This document shows, piece by piece, positions 29,056 through 39,486 of a stretch of DNA of 64,000 nucleotides (its first letter is position 1; every line of letters starts with the position of its first letter). Position numbers and translations under genes: made by a program. This DNA is from an uncultured Candidatus Rokubacteria bacterium. Lineage in GTDB: Bacteria; Methylomirabilota; Methylomirabilia; Rokubacteriales; CSP1-6. Under the pieces are notes generated by a model. It worked only from the letters and a program-made list of their open reading frames with translations, had not been told where the DNA came from and did no database searches. The DNA is taken from the NCBI GenBank assembly GCA_963754315.1, contig CAVWFS010000015.1, positions 1 through 64,000 of the forward strand. Reading direction: 5' to 3'.

Positions 29056-30102
29056 ATGGATACCGTCCGGCGAGCGAGCGAGCTGCGGCGCCTGGCCGCG
29101 CGTACCGGGGCGCGAGCGGCGCCCGTGGTGGCCTCGGGGGTGATCCACGCGCTTCTCATCGCCGCCGTCCTGGCGGTCGGCCTGCCAGTGGTGCCGCGGC
29201 TTGTGCCCGTCGTCCACACGGAACTTGTGAGCTTCGAGCGCGAGATCCCGCCACCACCCATGACCGCGCCTCCCCAGGAAACCCGGCAGCCGATCACGAC
29301 GCCTCTCAAACCACCACCCGTAGTCATGCCGGCCAAGCCGGTCGAGAAGGCGGTGAAACCGCCCGAGGCGCCGGCCCAGCTCGTCGAAGCGCCGCGCCCG
29401 CCACCGAAGGTCGAGGAGAGGCCACCGAAGCCCGAGGAGAAGCCGCCGAAGGTCGAAGAGAAACCACCGAAGCCCGAGGAGAGGGTGGCGAAGCCTGAAG
29501 ATAAGCCAGCCAAACTCGAGGAAGGAAAAGTTCCGGAGACGTCATCGGCTGCACAGCGGCAGGATCCGCCACCTGCGACGGCCACGTTGCGCGTCGAGGA
29601 ACCGAAGGCGCTCCCGGGAGCACCACCCCAGGGATCGGCTGGTGCCGTGGCTCGCGAGGGCTCCGAGCGTGCGTCGGCCAATCAGCCCAATCGGGCGGGA
29701 GCGCCCGGCGGATCGTCCGAGGCGCCGGGGGTGGGTCCGGGGACTGGTGGCGCCGCGAGGGGCGGAAACACGCCGGGCGTCGCCTCACGATCCGGAGATA
29801 CCTCCGGCACCGGCAGCTCTGGGATCACCAGGTCGGCGATCCCGAGCGGCGGCTACCAGATCCAACCGACGTATCCGGCCACCGCTCGTCGGCTCGGCAT
29901 CCAGGGCACCTCGCTGCTGCGCGTCCACGTGGCGGCCGACGGCCGCGTCACGGAAATCGTCGTCGCGAAGTCGGCGGGGCATGCAGACATGGATCAGGCC
30001 GCTACCGACGCCGTTCGACAGTGGCGCTTCGAGCCTGGACGGCGCGGCAGCGAGGCGGTCGGGATGTGGGTCTTGCTTCCCATCGAGTTCCGCATCAAGT
30101 GA
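29056..30102 (+). CDS. tonB: energy transducer TonB
   Basis: N-terminal anchor with SGVIH, Pro/Lys/Glu heptad repeats, YPATARRLGIQG, AVRQWRFEP. Confidence 0.9.
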   Translation: MDTVRRASELRRLAARTGARAAPVVASGVIHALLIAAVLAVGLPVVPRLVPVVHTELVSFEREIPPPPMTAPPQETRQPITTPLKPPPVVMPAKPVEKAVKPPEAPAQLVEAPRPPPKVEERPPKPEEKPPKVEEKPPKPEERVAKPEDKPAKLEEGKVPETSSAAQRQDPPPATATLRVEEPKALPGAPPQGSAGAVAREGSERASANQPNRAGAPGGSSEAPGVGPGTGGAARGGNTPGVASRSGDTSGTGSSGITRSAIPSGGYQIQPTYPATARRLGIQGTSLLRVHVAADGRVTEIVVAKSAGHADMDQAATDAVRQWRFEPGRRGSEAVGMWVLLPIEFRIK

Positions 30103-30189
30103 CGGTCGAGACAGCGGGGCGGCGATGCTATCATCGCCGCGGCTCCAATCTGCTTGGTTCTGAACGGCCCCCGGGCGAGGTGACCTGCC

Positions 30190-31603
30190 ATGGCCTACCA
30201 AGATCTTCGCGAGTATCTGAGCGCCCTGGACAAGCGGGGCAAGCTGCACCGCGTGACGAAGGAGGTCGACCCCGACTGGGAGGTGGCTGCCGTCATGCGT
30301 CGGGTCTTCCAGCGCATTCCGCCTCCGGCCCGGCCGGCCATGATGTTCGAGCGGATCAAAGGGTATGAGATGCCGCTGGTGGCCGGCGTCCTCGGCGCCT
30401 CGCCCGAGGTGTACGCGCTTGGCCCTCGAGACCACCGTGGATCAGATCGCCGACAAGTGGGCGCAGGCCCAGAGCCACCCGATCCCGCCCGTTCGCGTGA
30501 GCACCGGGCCGGTGAAGGACGTCATCCTCACCGGCGATCGGGCCGATGCCACCAAGCTGCCGCTGTGCATCTGGACACGCGGGCAGGATCCGGCGCCCTA
30601 CGTGACGGGTCCCTGCGTGATCTCCTGCGACCCCGAGACGGGCGAGCGCAACATGGGAACCTACCGACTCATGCTGCAGGGGCCGCGCCGCTTCGGCCTG
30701 TTCCTCAGCACGACCTGGCGAGACATGTACGCGCACCTCATGAAGAACGAGAAGCAGGGAAAGCCCACGCCGTGCGCCGTGGTGATCGGCTGCGATCCGC
30801 CCGTGCCCCTGACGTCGGTGGCGCGCATCCGCGGGGACGAGCTGGGGGTGGCCGGGGCGCTCCGAGGCGCTCCCCTGGAGGTCGTGCGCTGCGAGACCAA
30901 CGACCTCGAGGTGCCCGCTCACGCGGAGATTGTGATCGAGGGATTCGTGCCGCCTGGTGTCCGCGAGCCCGAGGGGCCGTTCGGCGAGTACACGGGCTAC
31001 ATGGGGGCCTCTGGCCCCAGCTTCGTGATCGACGTCACCTGCATTACCCACCGGACCGATCCCATCTACCAGGCCTTTTTCAGCCAGATGCCGCCGAGCG
31101 AATCGAGCTGTATCCGGGGCACCGGACGCGACATCGCGCTGCTCAAGCATATGAGCCGCGACCTGAGGCTCCCCGTACGCGACGTCCATCTCCTCGAGGC
31201 CGGAGGCGGCGCTGCCTTTCTGGCCATCTCCCTCCGGCGCGATCATCCGGCCCTGCCCCAGCGAGCCATGTGGGCCGCATGGGCCTACGATCCGTCGTTC
31301 TCGAAGTGGATCGTGATTGTCGACGAGGACATCGATGTTCGCGATTACTTCCAGGTGCTGTGGGCCATGTCCTGGCACGTCCAGCCCGCGCACGACCTCT
31401 ACGTCAACCGGGATACGGCCGGTGTGGCTCTCGATCCCTCCGTCGCCGAGGAGGACGTGAACCAGCTCCAGCGGAAGACTGTCCTGTCCTCCAAGGTTGG
31501 CGTCGATGCCACCCGCAAGCACGTGTTCCCGGCCCGCTCCGTTCCTCCGAAGGAGGACCTGGATCGGGTCGACGCGCACTGGCGGGACTACGGTCTGGAG
31601 TGA
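30190..31603 (+). CDS. UbiD family prenyl-FMN (de)carboxylase, frameshift near 30420
   Basis: MAYQDLREYL; NMGTYR, AEIVIEG, EGPFGEYTGY, VDEDID, VDATRK. Confidence 0.9.
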
Positions 31604-31606
31604 TCG

Positions 31607-32768
31607 ATGCTGAACGCCACCCGCGACAAGATCCTGCCCAGCACGATCACGGGCTCCTATCCGCGGCCGCACTGGTTCACCGAAGAGCTGCGCGGACGCG
31701 GCTTCAAGGACGCGCTGGGGGACTCGCGGTTCCGCGAGCAGTACCTGGACGCGGTGGCGTGTCTGCTCCGGGAGCAGGAGATGGCCGGGCTCGACATCGT
31801 CACCGACGGCGACTCGCGCTTCGATCTCACCGTCGGCGGCAAGTCGTGGTTCTTCTACGTCATCGAGCGCCTGCAGGGAATCACCGGCCACGTGGATCGC
31901 GCCGCAGGCGGAGGCTGGCGGGCGCTGCGGCCCGGACACATCCTCTACGAGGTGATGGAGGCCTACCAGCCGGCCGTGGTCGGCGAGAAGGTCACCGGTG
32001 GTCCGCTGCAGTACGCGGCCCTCTTCAAGGCCGCTCAGCGGCTCACTCCAGCGACCCGTGAAGTTCGGAGCCATCACCGCTCAGTCGCTCGTCAAGATGC
32101 TCCTCAACCGCCACTACGCCTCGGAGCGCGAGCTGGTCCTGGCCCTCGCCGACGTCTTCAACGCGGAACTGCGGGAGGTGGCCGCTTCCGGTTGCCGGGT
32201 CATCCAGGTGGAGGAGCCTCAACACCACATCGCCGGCGCCAACGGCACCGCCACCGACAAGGACCTCGAGTTCTTCACGGAGGCTGTCAACCGTGAGATC
32301 GCGGGAGTCGACACGGAGGTATGGCTGCACACCTGCTGGGGGAACCCCAACCAGCAGCCGCTGCACTGGGAACGGCCCTCCTACGAGCGTTCGCTACCCC
32401 ACCTGCTCCGGACGAACGCCGACGTGATCACCCTGGAGTGCGCGTCGACGAACGGCCGCGACCTTCCCCTCCTCGGGAGGCACCGGACCGACAAGAAGAT
32501 CGCCATCGGCGTGGTGAACCACTCGACGGCCGCCGTGGAGCCGCCCGAGTTCGTGGCGTCCTTGATCCGGCGGGCTCTGGAGTACGTCCCCCCCGAGCGT
32601 CTCGTGCTCTCCACGGATTGCGGCTTCGGGCGCGAGGGTCTCGCCCGCCGCATCGCGTTTTACAAGTGCGTGGCCATCAACCTGGGCGCCAACATCGTGC
32701 GTCGCGAGCTGAAGCTCCCTGAAGTCGAAATTCCCGTCACCGACCCTCGCTGGACGTTCGCCGGATAG
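31607..32768 (+). CDS. cobalamin-independent methionine synthase II (MetE C-terminal-like), frameshift near 32048
   Basis: TGSYPRP, GLDIVTDG, IQVEEP, HTCWGN and STDCGF Zn ligands. Confidence 0.88.
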
Positions 32769-32825
32769 CGCCAGCAGACTCTCTTATAGGTCGTTGCGCT
32801 GCGCATGGCCGTCAGGAAATCAAGC

Positions 32826-33383
32826 ATGACGCTCACGATCCGCCCGCTCACGCCCGATCTGTGGCCCGCGCTCGAAGATCTGTTCGGCAAGAACGGCGCC
32901 TGCGGCGGCTGCTGGTGCATGTATTGGCGGATCGGCAGCACCTATCTCAAGAGGCCGCGGGCGCACAACAAGGCGGCGTTTCGAGAGGTCGTGAAGCGCG
33001 GTCCGCCACCGGGCTTGCTCGCCTTCGACGGCGATGTGGCCGTGGGCTGGTGCCAGCTGACGCCGCGCCATGCCCTGCCGTGGCTTGATCGCGCGTGGCG
33101 GGTCAGGCGCGTCGACGGGGTGCCGGTCTGGTCGCTCTCCTGCTTCTATGTGCGCATCGGCTATCGCAGACGGGGCGTTACGTCCGCGCTGATCGCAGCG
33201 GCGTTGAAAGTCGCCAAGCGCGCACGAGCTCCCGCGCTCGAAGCCTATCCCCTCGATGCGGATTTGTCTCCAAGCGCTTCGGGCACCGGCTATGCCTCGA
33301 CCTTCGCGCGTGCCGGATTCAACACGGTGGCTTGCCGCGTGCCGCCTCGCCCCATCATGCGCCACGACCTCAAGGCGATATAG
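32826..33383 (+). CDS. GNAT family acetyltransferase
   Basis: GCWCMYWR, WSLSCFYV..GYRRRGV, LEAYP. Confidence 0.88.
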   Translation: MTLTIRPLTPDLWPALEDLFGKNGACGGCWCMYWRIGSTYLKRPRAHNKAAFREVVKRGPPPGLLAFDGDVAVGWCQLTPRHALPWLDRAWRVRRVDGVPVWSLSCFYVRIGYRRRGVTSALIAAALKVAKRARAPALEAYPLDADLSPSASGTGYASTFARAGFNTVACRVPPRPIMRHDLKAI

Positions 33384-33410
33384 AGCCGCGCGAGGCCCGC
33401 TGGGGGCGGG

Positions 33411-34509
33411 TCAGTTGAAAACCAGTACGGTACGGGCCACTTCGCCGGCCTTCATGGCACGGAAGGCCTCGTTGATGTCGCTGAGCTGTCCGCGGCGGCT
33501 CACCATCTCGTCGAGCAGGAGCCGTCCCTGGCGATAGAAGTCGAGGTAGCGCGGAATATCCACCCGGAATCGATTGGATCCCATCCGCGACGTCTGCACG
33601 CGGCACTCCGGTCGGATGGCCATCCACGGGAACTCGATCGTCGCGTCCGGCGGCAAGACTCCGACGATGGTGGCCGTGCCCCGGATGGCCAGGCTCTCGA
33701 TCGCCTGGCGCACCAAGGTCGCATTCCCCACCGCCTCGAACGCGTGATCGACGCCGGCGCCCGCCGTCAACGCGCGGACGGCCTTGACCGGATCGTCCTG
33801 CCCGCTGTTCACGACGTGGGTGGCCCCCACCCGCCGGGCCATCTCGAGCTTGGACTCGAAGATGTCAACAGCGATGATCTGCCGGGCGCCCGCCGATGCG
33901 CGCGCCCTGCACGATCGAGAGTCCCACGCCCCCGCAGCCGAACACGGCCACCGTCTGCCCCGCTTCGAGGCCGGAGGTTCTCAGCGCGGCCCCCACCCCA
34001 GTCAGCACGCCACAGCCCACCAGGGCGGCGCGGTCGAGGGGCAAGTCGGGGTCGATCTTCACCAGAGAGTTCTCGTGGAGCAGCATCCGCTCGGCGTAGC
34101 TGGAGATGCCGATGAACTGCCGGAAGGGATCACCCCGCTGGGATAGCCGGGGTGGAGCCGACTCGGGACGGGTGACGATTCCCCCGACGCAGAGGTTCGG
34201 GTGGCCCCCGAGACACTGCGCACAGTTCCCACAGAAGCCCGAGAGACACGCCACCACATGATCGCCGGGACGGACCGATGTCACCTCGGTCCCGACCGCC
34301 TCCACCACCCCGGACCCCTCGTGACCCAGCACGATCGGTCGATCCAGCGTGAACCGCGAGTGGCCATCCACGACGTGGAGATCGCTGTGGCACACACCCG
34401 TGGCCGCCGTGCGCACCAGCACTTCGCGGCTGGTGGGTTTGTCGATTTCTACCGATTCGATCGTGAGGGGCGCGTGCACCTTCCGGAAGACCGCGGCCTG
34501 CATCTGCAT
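33411..34509 (-). CDS. Zn-dependent alcohol dehydrogenase, frameshift near 33890
   Basis: GVCHSD, GHEG, CGNCAQC...C, GCGGVG. Confidence 0.9.
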
Positions 34510-34555
34510 CGGGTTGCCTCCGTTGTACGAGCTCGGCGCAGTATACTCCCTGGCC

Positions 34556-35557
34556 CTACCTCCCGGGCCGGAGCCCCAGGAAATCCTCGGCGTTCGTCTC
34601 GAGGACGCGCTGACGGGTGGCGGCGTCGAGCGGTGTTTCGTCGAGAGACTTCACGGGATCGTCGTACCCCATCCGGAACGGGTAGTCGCTCCCGAGCACG
34701 ACGCGGTCCGCACCGTGCGTGTCGAGGATGTAGCGCAGGGCGGGCCCGGAATGGGTGATGGAGTCGACCCAGAAGCGGCTCGCGTAGGCGCTCGGTGGGC
34801 GTGGCACGGCCGCCTTGCCTTCGGGCATCACCGCCCACCCGCGGTCCACCCGGCCCACCACGAACGCGAAGGCGCCTCCCCCGTGGGCAAAGCACCACCG
34901 CAGGCGTGGCCAGCGATCGAGGAGTCCGCCATAGATCACACGCGTGATGGCGAGCGCGGTCTCCAGCGGATTGCCGAGCACGAGCGGGAGGTTGTACGCG
35001 CGGACACGGTCGATGCCCAGAACAGGCGCGGCCGGGTGCACGAAGAGGGCGAGGTCGAGCGCGTCGGCCGCCTCCCAGACGGGGCCGAGCGCCGGATCGT
35101 CGAGATCGCGCCCGTCCACGCTGGAGCCGATCTCTATACACCGGAACCCCTGTCGCGCCACGCGCTCGAGCTCTTTCACCGCGAGAGCCGGAGCCTGCAA
35201 GGGGACGATGGCCGCCCCCAAGAACCGGGAAGGATGCGCGGCCACCACCTCGGCGATCGTGTCGTTGTGAAGACGACAGAACTCGGCCGCCGCCGTCGGG
35301 TCGGCCCAGTAGCAGAACATGAGCGGTGGCGGCGACAGCACCTGACGCTCGATGCCGAGCCGATCGAGATCCATCACCCGCAGGCTCGGATCGAAGACCT
35401 GCTCGGTCAGGCCGCGGTCCCGCTCGCTCCCTCGGTAGAGCGAGCAGCCGCCACCTTCCTCGCGGACGAGGCGAGGCCAGCGGGGATCGGCGTAACGGGC
35501 GAGAAAGGCGTCCCAGCCACGAGGCAAGATGTGGGTGTGGACGTCGATCGCGCCCAT
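34556..35557 (-). CDS. amidohydrolase family 2 (ACMSD-like)
   Basis: IDVHTH, FVHP, AHGGG, GSDYPF. Confidence 0.9.
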   Translation of the reverse strand: MGAIDVHTHILPRGWDAFLARYADPRWPRLVREEGGGCSLYRGSERDRGLTEQVFDPSLRVMDLDRLGIERQVLSPPPLMFCYWADPTAAAEFCRLHNDTIAEVVAAHPSRFLGAAIVPLQAPALAVKELERVARQGFRCIEIGSSVDGRDLDDPALGPVWEAADALDLALFVHPAAPVLGIDRVRAYNLPLVLGNPLETALAITRVIYGGLLDRWPRLRWCFAHGGGAFAFVVGRVDRGWAVMPEGKAAVPRPPSAYASRFWVDSITHSGPALRYILDTHGADRVVLGSDYPFRMGYDDPVKSLDETPLDAATRQRVLETNAEDFLGLRPGR

Positions 35558-35566
35558 CGTGTTCCG

Positions 35567-35767
35567 CTAGTCTTCGTCTCCTCGGAAACGCCTGGCCGCC
35601 CGGCGCCGCTTCTTGCGCGCCAACGCCTGCTTGCGTTTCCGCTTGACCGATGGCTTCTCGTAGTAGGCGCGGCGCTTCATCTCCTGAAAGACGCCGTCCT
35701 TCAGCATCTGCTTCTTGAGTTGTTTTAGAGCAGCCTCGATCTGGTTCTCGACGACTTCGATCTTCAC
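35567..35767 (-). CDS. rpsU: 30S ribosomal protein S21
   Basis: EMKRRAYYEKPSVKRKRK. Confidence 0.95.
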   Translation of the reverse strand: MKIEVVENQIEAALKQLKKQMLKDGVFQEMKRRAYYEKPSVKRKRKQALARKKRRRAARRFRGDED

Positions 35768-35798
35768 CGGCTCGTCACCTGCCTATCCGCGCTTCGCG

Positions 35799-36110
35799 TT
35801 ACCACCGGCCGCGACCACCGCCCCCACCGCCGCCGCTTCGACGGGGTGGTCCACCCTTCCCGGCTGCAGACGACGAGATCTCGACTCTGATCTGACGACC
35901 GTCAAGGTCCGTGCCGTTCAACCGGGCAATCGCGGCATTGGCCTCGCCAGCCGAGGCCATTTCCACGAAGCCGAACCCGCGCGAGCGACCGGTGTCGCGG
36001 TCGGTGGCCACCGTGACGGACTCGACGGTGCCGAAACCGGCGAAGACCTCCCGCAGGCGATCAGAGGAAGTCGAGAACGAGAGACCACCGACGAAGAGCT
36101 TGACCGCCAT
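35799..36110 (-). CDS. RRM RNA-binding protein with a Gly-rich tail
   Basis: RNP2 LFVGGL and RNP1 RGFGFVEM. Confidence 0.95.
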   Translation of the reverse strand: MAVKLFVGGLSFSTSSDRLREVFAGFGTVESVTVATDRDTGRSRGFGFVEMASAGEANAAIARLNGTDLDGRQIRVEISSSAAGKGGPPRRSGGGGGGGRGRW

Positions 36111-36341
36111 GGACGGTGCTCCTTGGATGACCTTCCGATAGTCATCACGACCAGAACCCGGAAGCAGCTCAGGGCGCGGCTTGATGGTGAGTCGGGTTCC
36201 CGCTGAACACGACACCCAGGCGCCCCCCGAGTCTACACGACTCGGCAGGCTACCGCTCGGCGACTTTACCGCGGATTTTTTGGGACTCCCAGGGAGGCAG
36301 TCCTGGTCATGACGCACCGCATCACTACGTGGCTACGGACC

Positions 36342-37772
36342 CTAGCAGACCGGTCGCTGCAGGACGACGGGGTCGATTCGGCGCGTGAGCTGGCGGCCCC
36401 CGCTCAGGCTGCCCAGCAGGGTGCCGCGCTCGACGACCAGGGCGCCGCGAAGCATCGTCATGATCGGCCAGCCCGAGACCTCCCATCCTTCCCATGGACT
36501 GTAGTCGGTGACGTGGAAGTCCCCTCGGGTCAACGTCTTTCTGATAGCGGGGTCGATGAAGGCGAGATCGGCGTCGCTGCCGGGGGCAATCACGCCCTTG
36601 CGCGGGTACAGCCCAAAGATCCGGGCCGCATTCGTTGATGTGACGTCGGCGAACCGGGTGAGGGCCATCCCGCGCTTCACCACGCCCTCACTGTACGCGA
36701 TGCCCATGCGCGCCTCCGCCCCGACATTGCCCCCCGTGACGTCCTCGATGGTGCGCCCTCGAAGCTTCAGCTCGAGCGAGGTGGGGTATTCGTCGGTGGC
36801 CAGACAGGACAGACCTTCCTTGACCAGGCCCGTCCAGAGCGCCTGCTGATCTTCGGGAAATTTCAGCGACGGGTAGGTATGAGAGCAGAAGCCGCGCGGC
36901 GTCTTGTAGTACTCGGCGTTGAAGCACGCGTACTGGTGGAGCGTCTCTCCGTAGACCGGCAAGCCGCTGGCCCGCGCCTCGGCAATCGCCTCGACCCCCT
37001 CGACGGCCGAGGTGTGCACGAAGTACACCGCCGCCCCCGTGTGGCGGGCCAGAGCCGTGGTACGGCGGAAGGCCAGGAGCTCGGAAATCTTGTTGTGGAC
37101 GAGGTGCAGGTTCGTCCCGTCGAGGCGACCTTCGGCGCGGAAGCGCTCGTAGTTGAACTGCACGATGTCCTCGTCCTCACCGTGCACGACCATGAGGCCG
37201 CCGTGGGCAGCCACGCGCTCCATCGCGTACTGGATCCGGCCGAAGTCGAGGCGGTTCCCGGCTCGCTTGGGGTGGGGAGGCAGCACGTTGGTGGTGAAAA
37301 CCTTGAAGCTCGGATAGCCCTGGCGGATAGCCTCGCCAATGTCCTCGAACACCTTGAGATCGAGGGCGCCGCACAGGGTGACGTGAAACGCATAGTCGAC
37401 GTAGGACTGGCCTTTCCAGCGGGCTGCCCGTGATTCGATGGCCTCGGGAATGGTCGTCCCCGGCCGCACGTAGCAGAAGTCGATGTGGGTCGTGGTGCCG
37501 CCGAACGCCATTCCGCGCGTGTCGTCCTCGGGTCCCAAGGTGATGGCGGGCTGCTCGGGATGGCTCATGATGGAGTGCGCAAGATGAGTGTGCGGATCGA
37601 TGCCGCCAGGAACGACGACGAGACCTGTGGCATCGATGATCCGCGCGGAGCCCGTCGGCAGCACGCCGGACGCCACCACGGCCGCGATGCGTTCACCCTC
37701 GATCGCGATGTCCCACGCCCCCACCCCTTGGGGCGTGACCACCTGCCCGCCGCGCACGATCAGATCAATCAT
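36342..37772 (-). CDS. dihydropyrimidinase/hydantoinase-like cyclic amidohydrolase
   Basis: PGGIDPHTH, SFKVF, NAARIFGLYPRKG, GSDAD, YSPWEG. Confidence 0.9.
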   Translation of the reverse strand: MIDLIVRGGQVVTPQGVGAWDIAIEGERIAAVVASGVLPTGSARIIDATGLVVVPGGIDPHTHLAHSIMSHPEQPAITLGPEDDTRGMAFGGTTTHIDFCYVRPGTTIPEAIESRAARWKGQSYVDYAFHVTLCGALDLKVFEDIGEAIRQGYPSFKVFTTNVLPPHPKRAGNRLDFGRIQYAMERVAAHGGLMVVHGEDEDIVQFNYERFRAEGRLDGTNLHLVHNKISELLAFRRTTALARHTGAAVYFVHTSAVEGVEAIAEARASGLPVYGETLHQYACFNAEYYKTPRGFCSHTYPSLKFPEDQQALWTGLVKEGLSCLATDEYPTSLELKLRGRTIEDVTGGNVGAEARMGIAYSEGVVKRGMALTRFADVTSTNAARIFGLYPRKGVIAPGSDADLAFIDPAIRKTLTRGDFHVTDYSPWEGWEVSGWPIMTMLRGALVVERGTLLGSLSGGRQLTRRIDPVVLQRPVC

Positions 37773-37840
37773 GGGCGGAGCCTAACCGAGCCTCCTCCCA
37801 CCGTCAACGATGCCCCGCGGTCGGGTCCGGAATGTCCAGG

Positions 37841-39265
37841 CTAGTGACACCGAGCCACGCCCGAATCGGTGAAGGTCCGTCCCGGAACCGGGATGAACTG
37901 CCACTCGTAGCTCCTCGCGTGAAGAGTCAGCTTGAGGACGCCGAACGTGTCATTGTTGCGGATCTCGCTGTTGGTCAGGGCGGGTCCGACGAATGGATGA
38001 TGCGTTGCACCACCGGTACCCACGACGAACTGCCGGAGGCCTCGGCGTGCATCAGCGACCCCATCAGGGCGCTGAGGGACGAAGCGCTCGTAGATGTGAT
38101 CGTGCCCTCCCAGCACGACCTCCGCACCGCTGTCGAACAGAGCCTGCCAGAACGGGACGTAGATAGGGTCGCTCCCGTGCCCACCCGAGCTGAAGCGTGG
38201 GTGGTGCCAGTAGGCGAGTGTGCAGGCGCGCGGCTCCGAGGCAAGCTCGTGGCGGAGCCACCGTTCCTGGGGTGAGCCGGCGCCGCACCCCCCGATCTCG
38301 GCGCAGTTGGAATTCAGCACGATGATGCGCCACGCGCCGTGGTCGTAGGCGTAGTAACCCTTGTCAGGGGACCCGGCGGCGGCCCCGAAATACTCGAAGT
38401 ATCCCGAGGCGCCGGCGGTCAGGTAGTCGTGGTTCCCCGGAGTTGGGCGGGTCCGAGCCCGGTGGCGGCCCCAGCTCTCCTCGTAGCACGCCGCGAACTC
38501 GATGGGCGTCCCCGCCTCGTAGGCGTGATCGCCCAGGGTGAACACGATCCCATCTATCGTATCGAGCAGAACCGCGGTGGCCTCGTCACCCTCGCTGAGG
38601 CAGGACGCGATGTCACCGGCCCCGACCAACACCACCGCCCCTGGGGCCGCGGCGCCGGGCCGCCGGTCCACGAGCGCTCGCAGCTTCTCGATGAAATCGC
38701 CGTAGGAGGAACGTGCGATGAGCTTGGTGAACTGACTGCGGTAGTTGTTGACCAGGCTCACGCCATCGACGTCGAGATCGTAGATCTTCCACGCGCCGCT
38801 CGGGTCGCGCCAGGTCTCGTAGTCAACGGGAATCCGGCGTCCCTGCTTGGTGTAGATCTCCGTCCGCACCCGCGCCCGCTCGCCATCAGCCTGCTCACCC
38901 AGGTAGGCGAATCGCTCACGATCGGCCAGCTGGATCCGGGACAGGTACGTCCGCTGAAACAGCTGGGAGAAGAGGTCCACGAATTCGGTACGCTCGGCCG
39001 GCGTCCGCGCCTCCCAGTGCGGACCCAGGGACCGCTTGGCCATCTCGGTCCAGTCGAACATCTCGTCGAGGACTTTGCGGGCCTGGGCTTGCCTGTCACC
39101 AGACGGGGCCCCTCCCGACGCACCCTCCACGAGAAGGTCATAGAGTTTCTCGATGCCGGTTCGGATGGAGTCCGTCGGCGCTCCCGCGCGCGCGGTGGGG
39201 GGAACGTCGAGAGCGATCATCAATGCCGTGAAGAGCCCAGCGGTGAGGGAGCGCAGATAGTGCAT
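37841..39265 (-). CDS. MlaC/Ttg2D-like lipid-binding domain fused to a purple-acid-phosphatase-like metallophosphoesterase
   Basis: FDWTEMAKRSLG...WKIYDLDVDGVSLVNNYRSQF, then GDIA, GDHAY, GNHD, WHHP, GHDH. Confidence 0.85.
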   Translation of the reverse strand: MHYLRSLTAGLFTALMIALDVPPTARAGAPTDSIRTGIEKLYDLLVEGASGGAPSGDRQAQARKVLDEMFDWTEMAKRSLGPHWEARTPAERTEFVDLFSQLFQRTYLSRIQLADRERFAYLGEQADGERARVRTEIYTKQGRRIPVDYETWRDPSGAWKIYDLDVDGVSLVNNYRSQFTKLIARSSYGDFIEKLRALVDRRPGAAAPGAVVLVGAGDIASCLSEGDEATAVLLDTIDGIVFTLGDHAYEAGTPIEFAACYEESWGRHRARTRPTPGNHDYLTAGASGYFEYFGAAAGSPDKGYYAYDHGAWRIIVLNSNCAEIGGCGAGSPQERWLRHELASEPRACTLAYWHHPRFSSGGHGSDPIYVPFWQALFDSGAEVVLGGHDHIYERFVPQRPDGVADARRGLRQFVVGTGGATHHPFVGPALTNSEIRNNDTFGVLKLTLHARSYEWQFIPVPGRTFTDSGVARCH

Positions 39266-39486
39266 AGGGTCTCCTGAAGCCCACCCGTATGGTCCGGACG
39301 TTACGTGAGCGCCTCAGCCCCGTCAACGCGCCCCCCTTGAGCGCGACTCGGCGCGAGGAAATCGGGGCGAGCTGCGTCTCGCGGGCGATCTGCCAGCTTG
39401 CGGGGGCACACTGCCGTGGTCATGGCGTCAATTTGGCGGAGACGCTACCATGAGCGCCACGAGGTCCTTAGAAGGGAGACACGACG

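Noticed and set aside
26383..29217. 944-aa receptor with a long N-terminal extension
   Set aside because: The extension is the antisense of nikR and tonB; the signal-like segment follows the ATG at 28497.
29398..29523. 21-bp DNA tandem repeat
   Set aside because: It encodes the ordinary PPK(V/P)EE(K/R) spacer of TonB.
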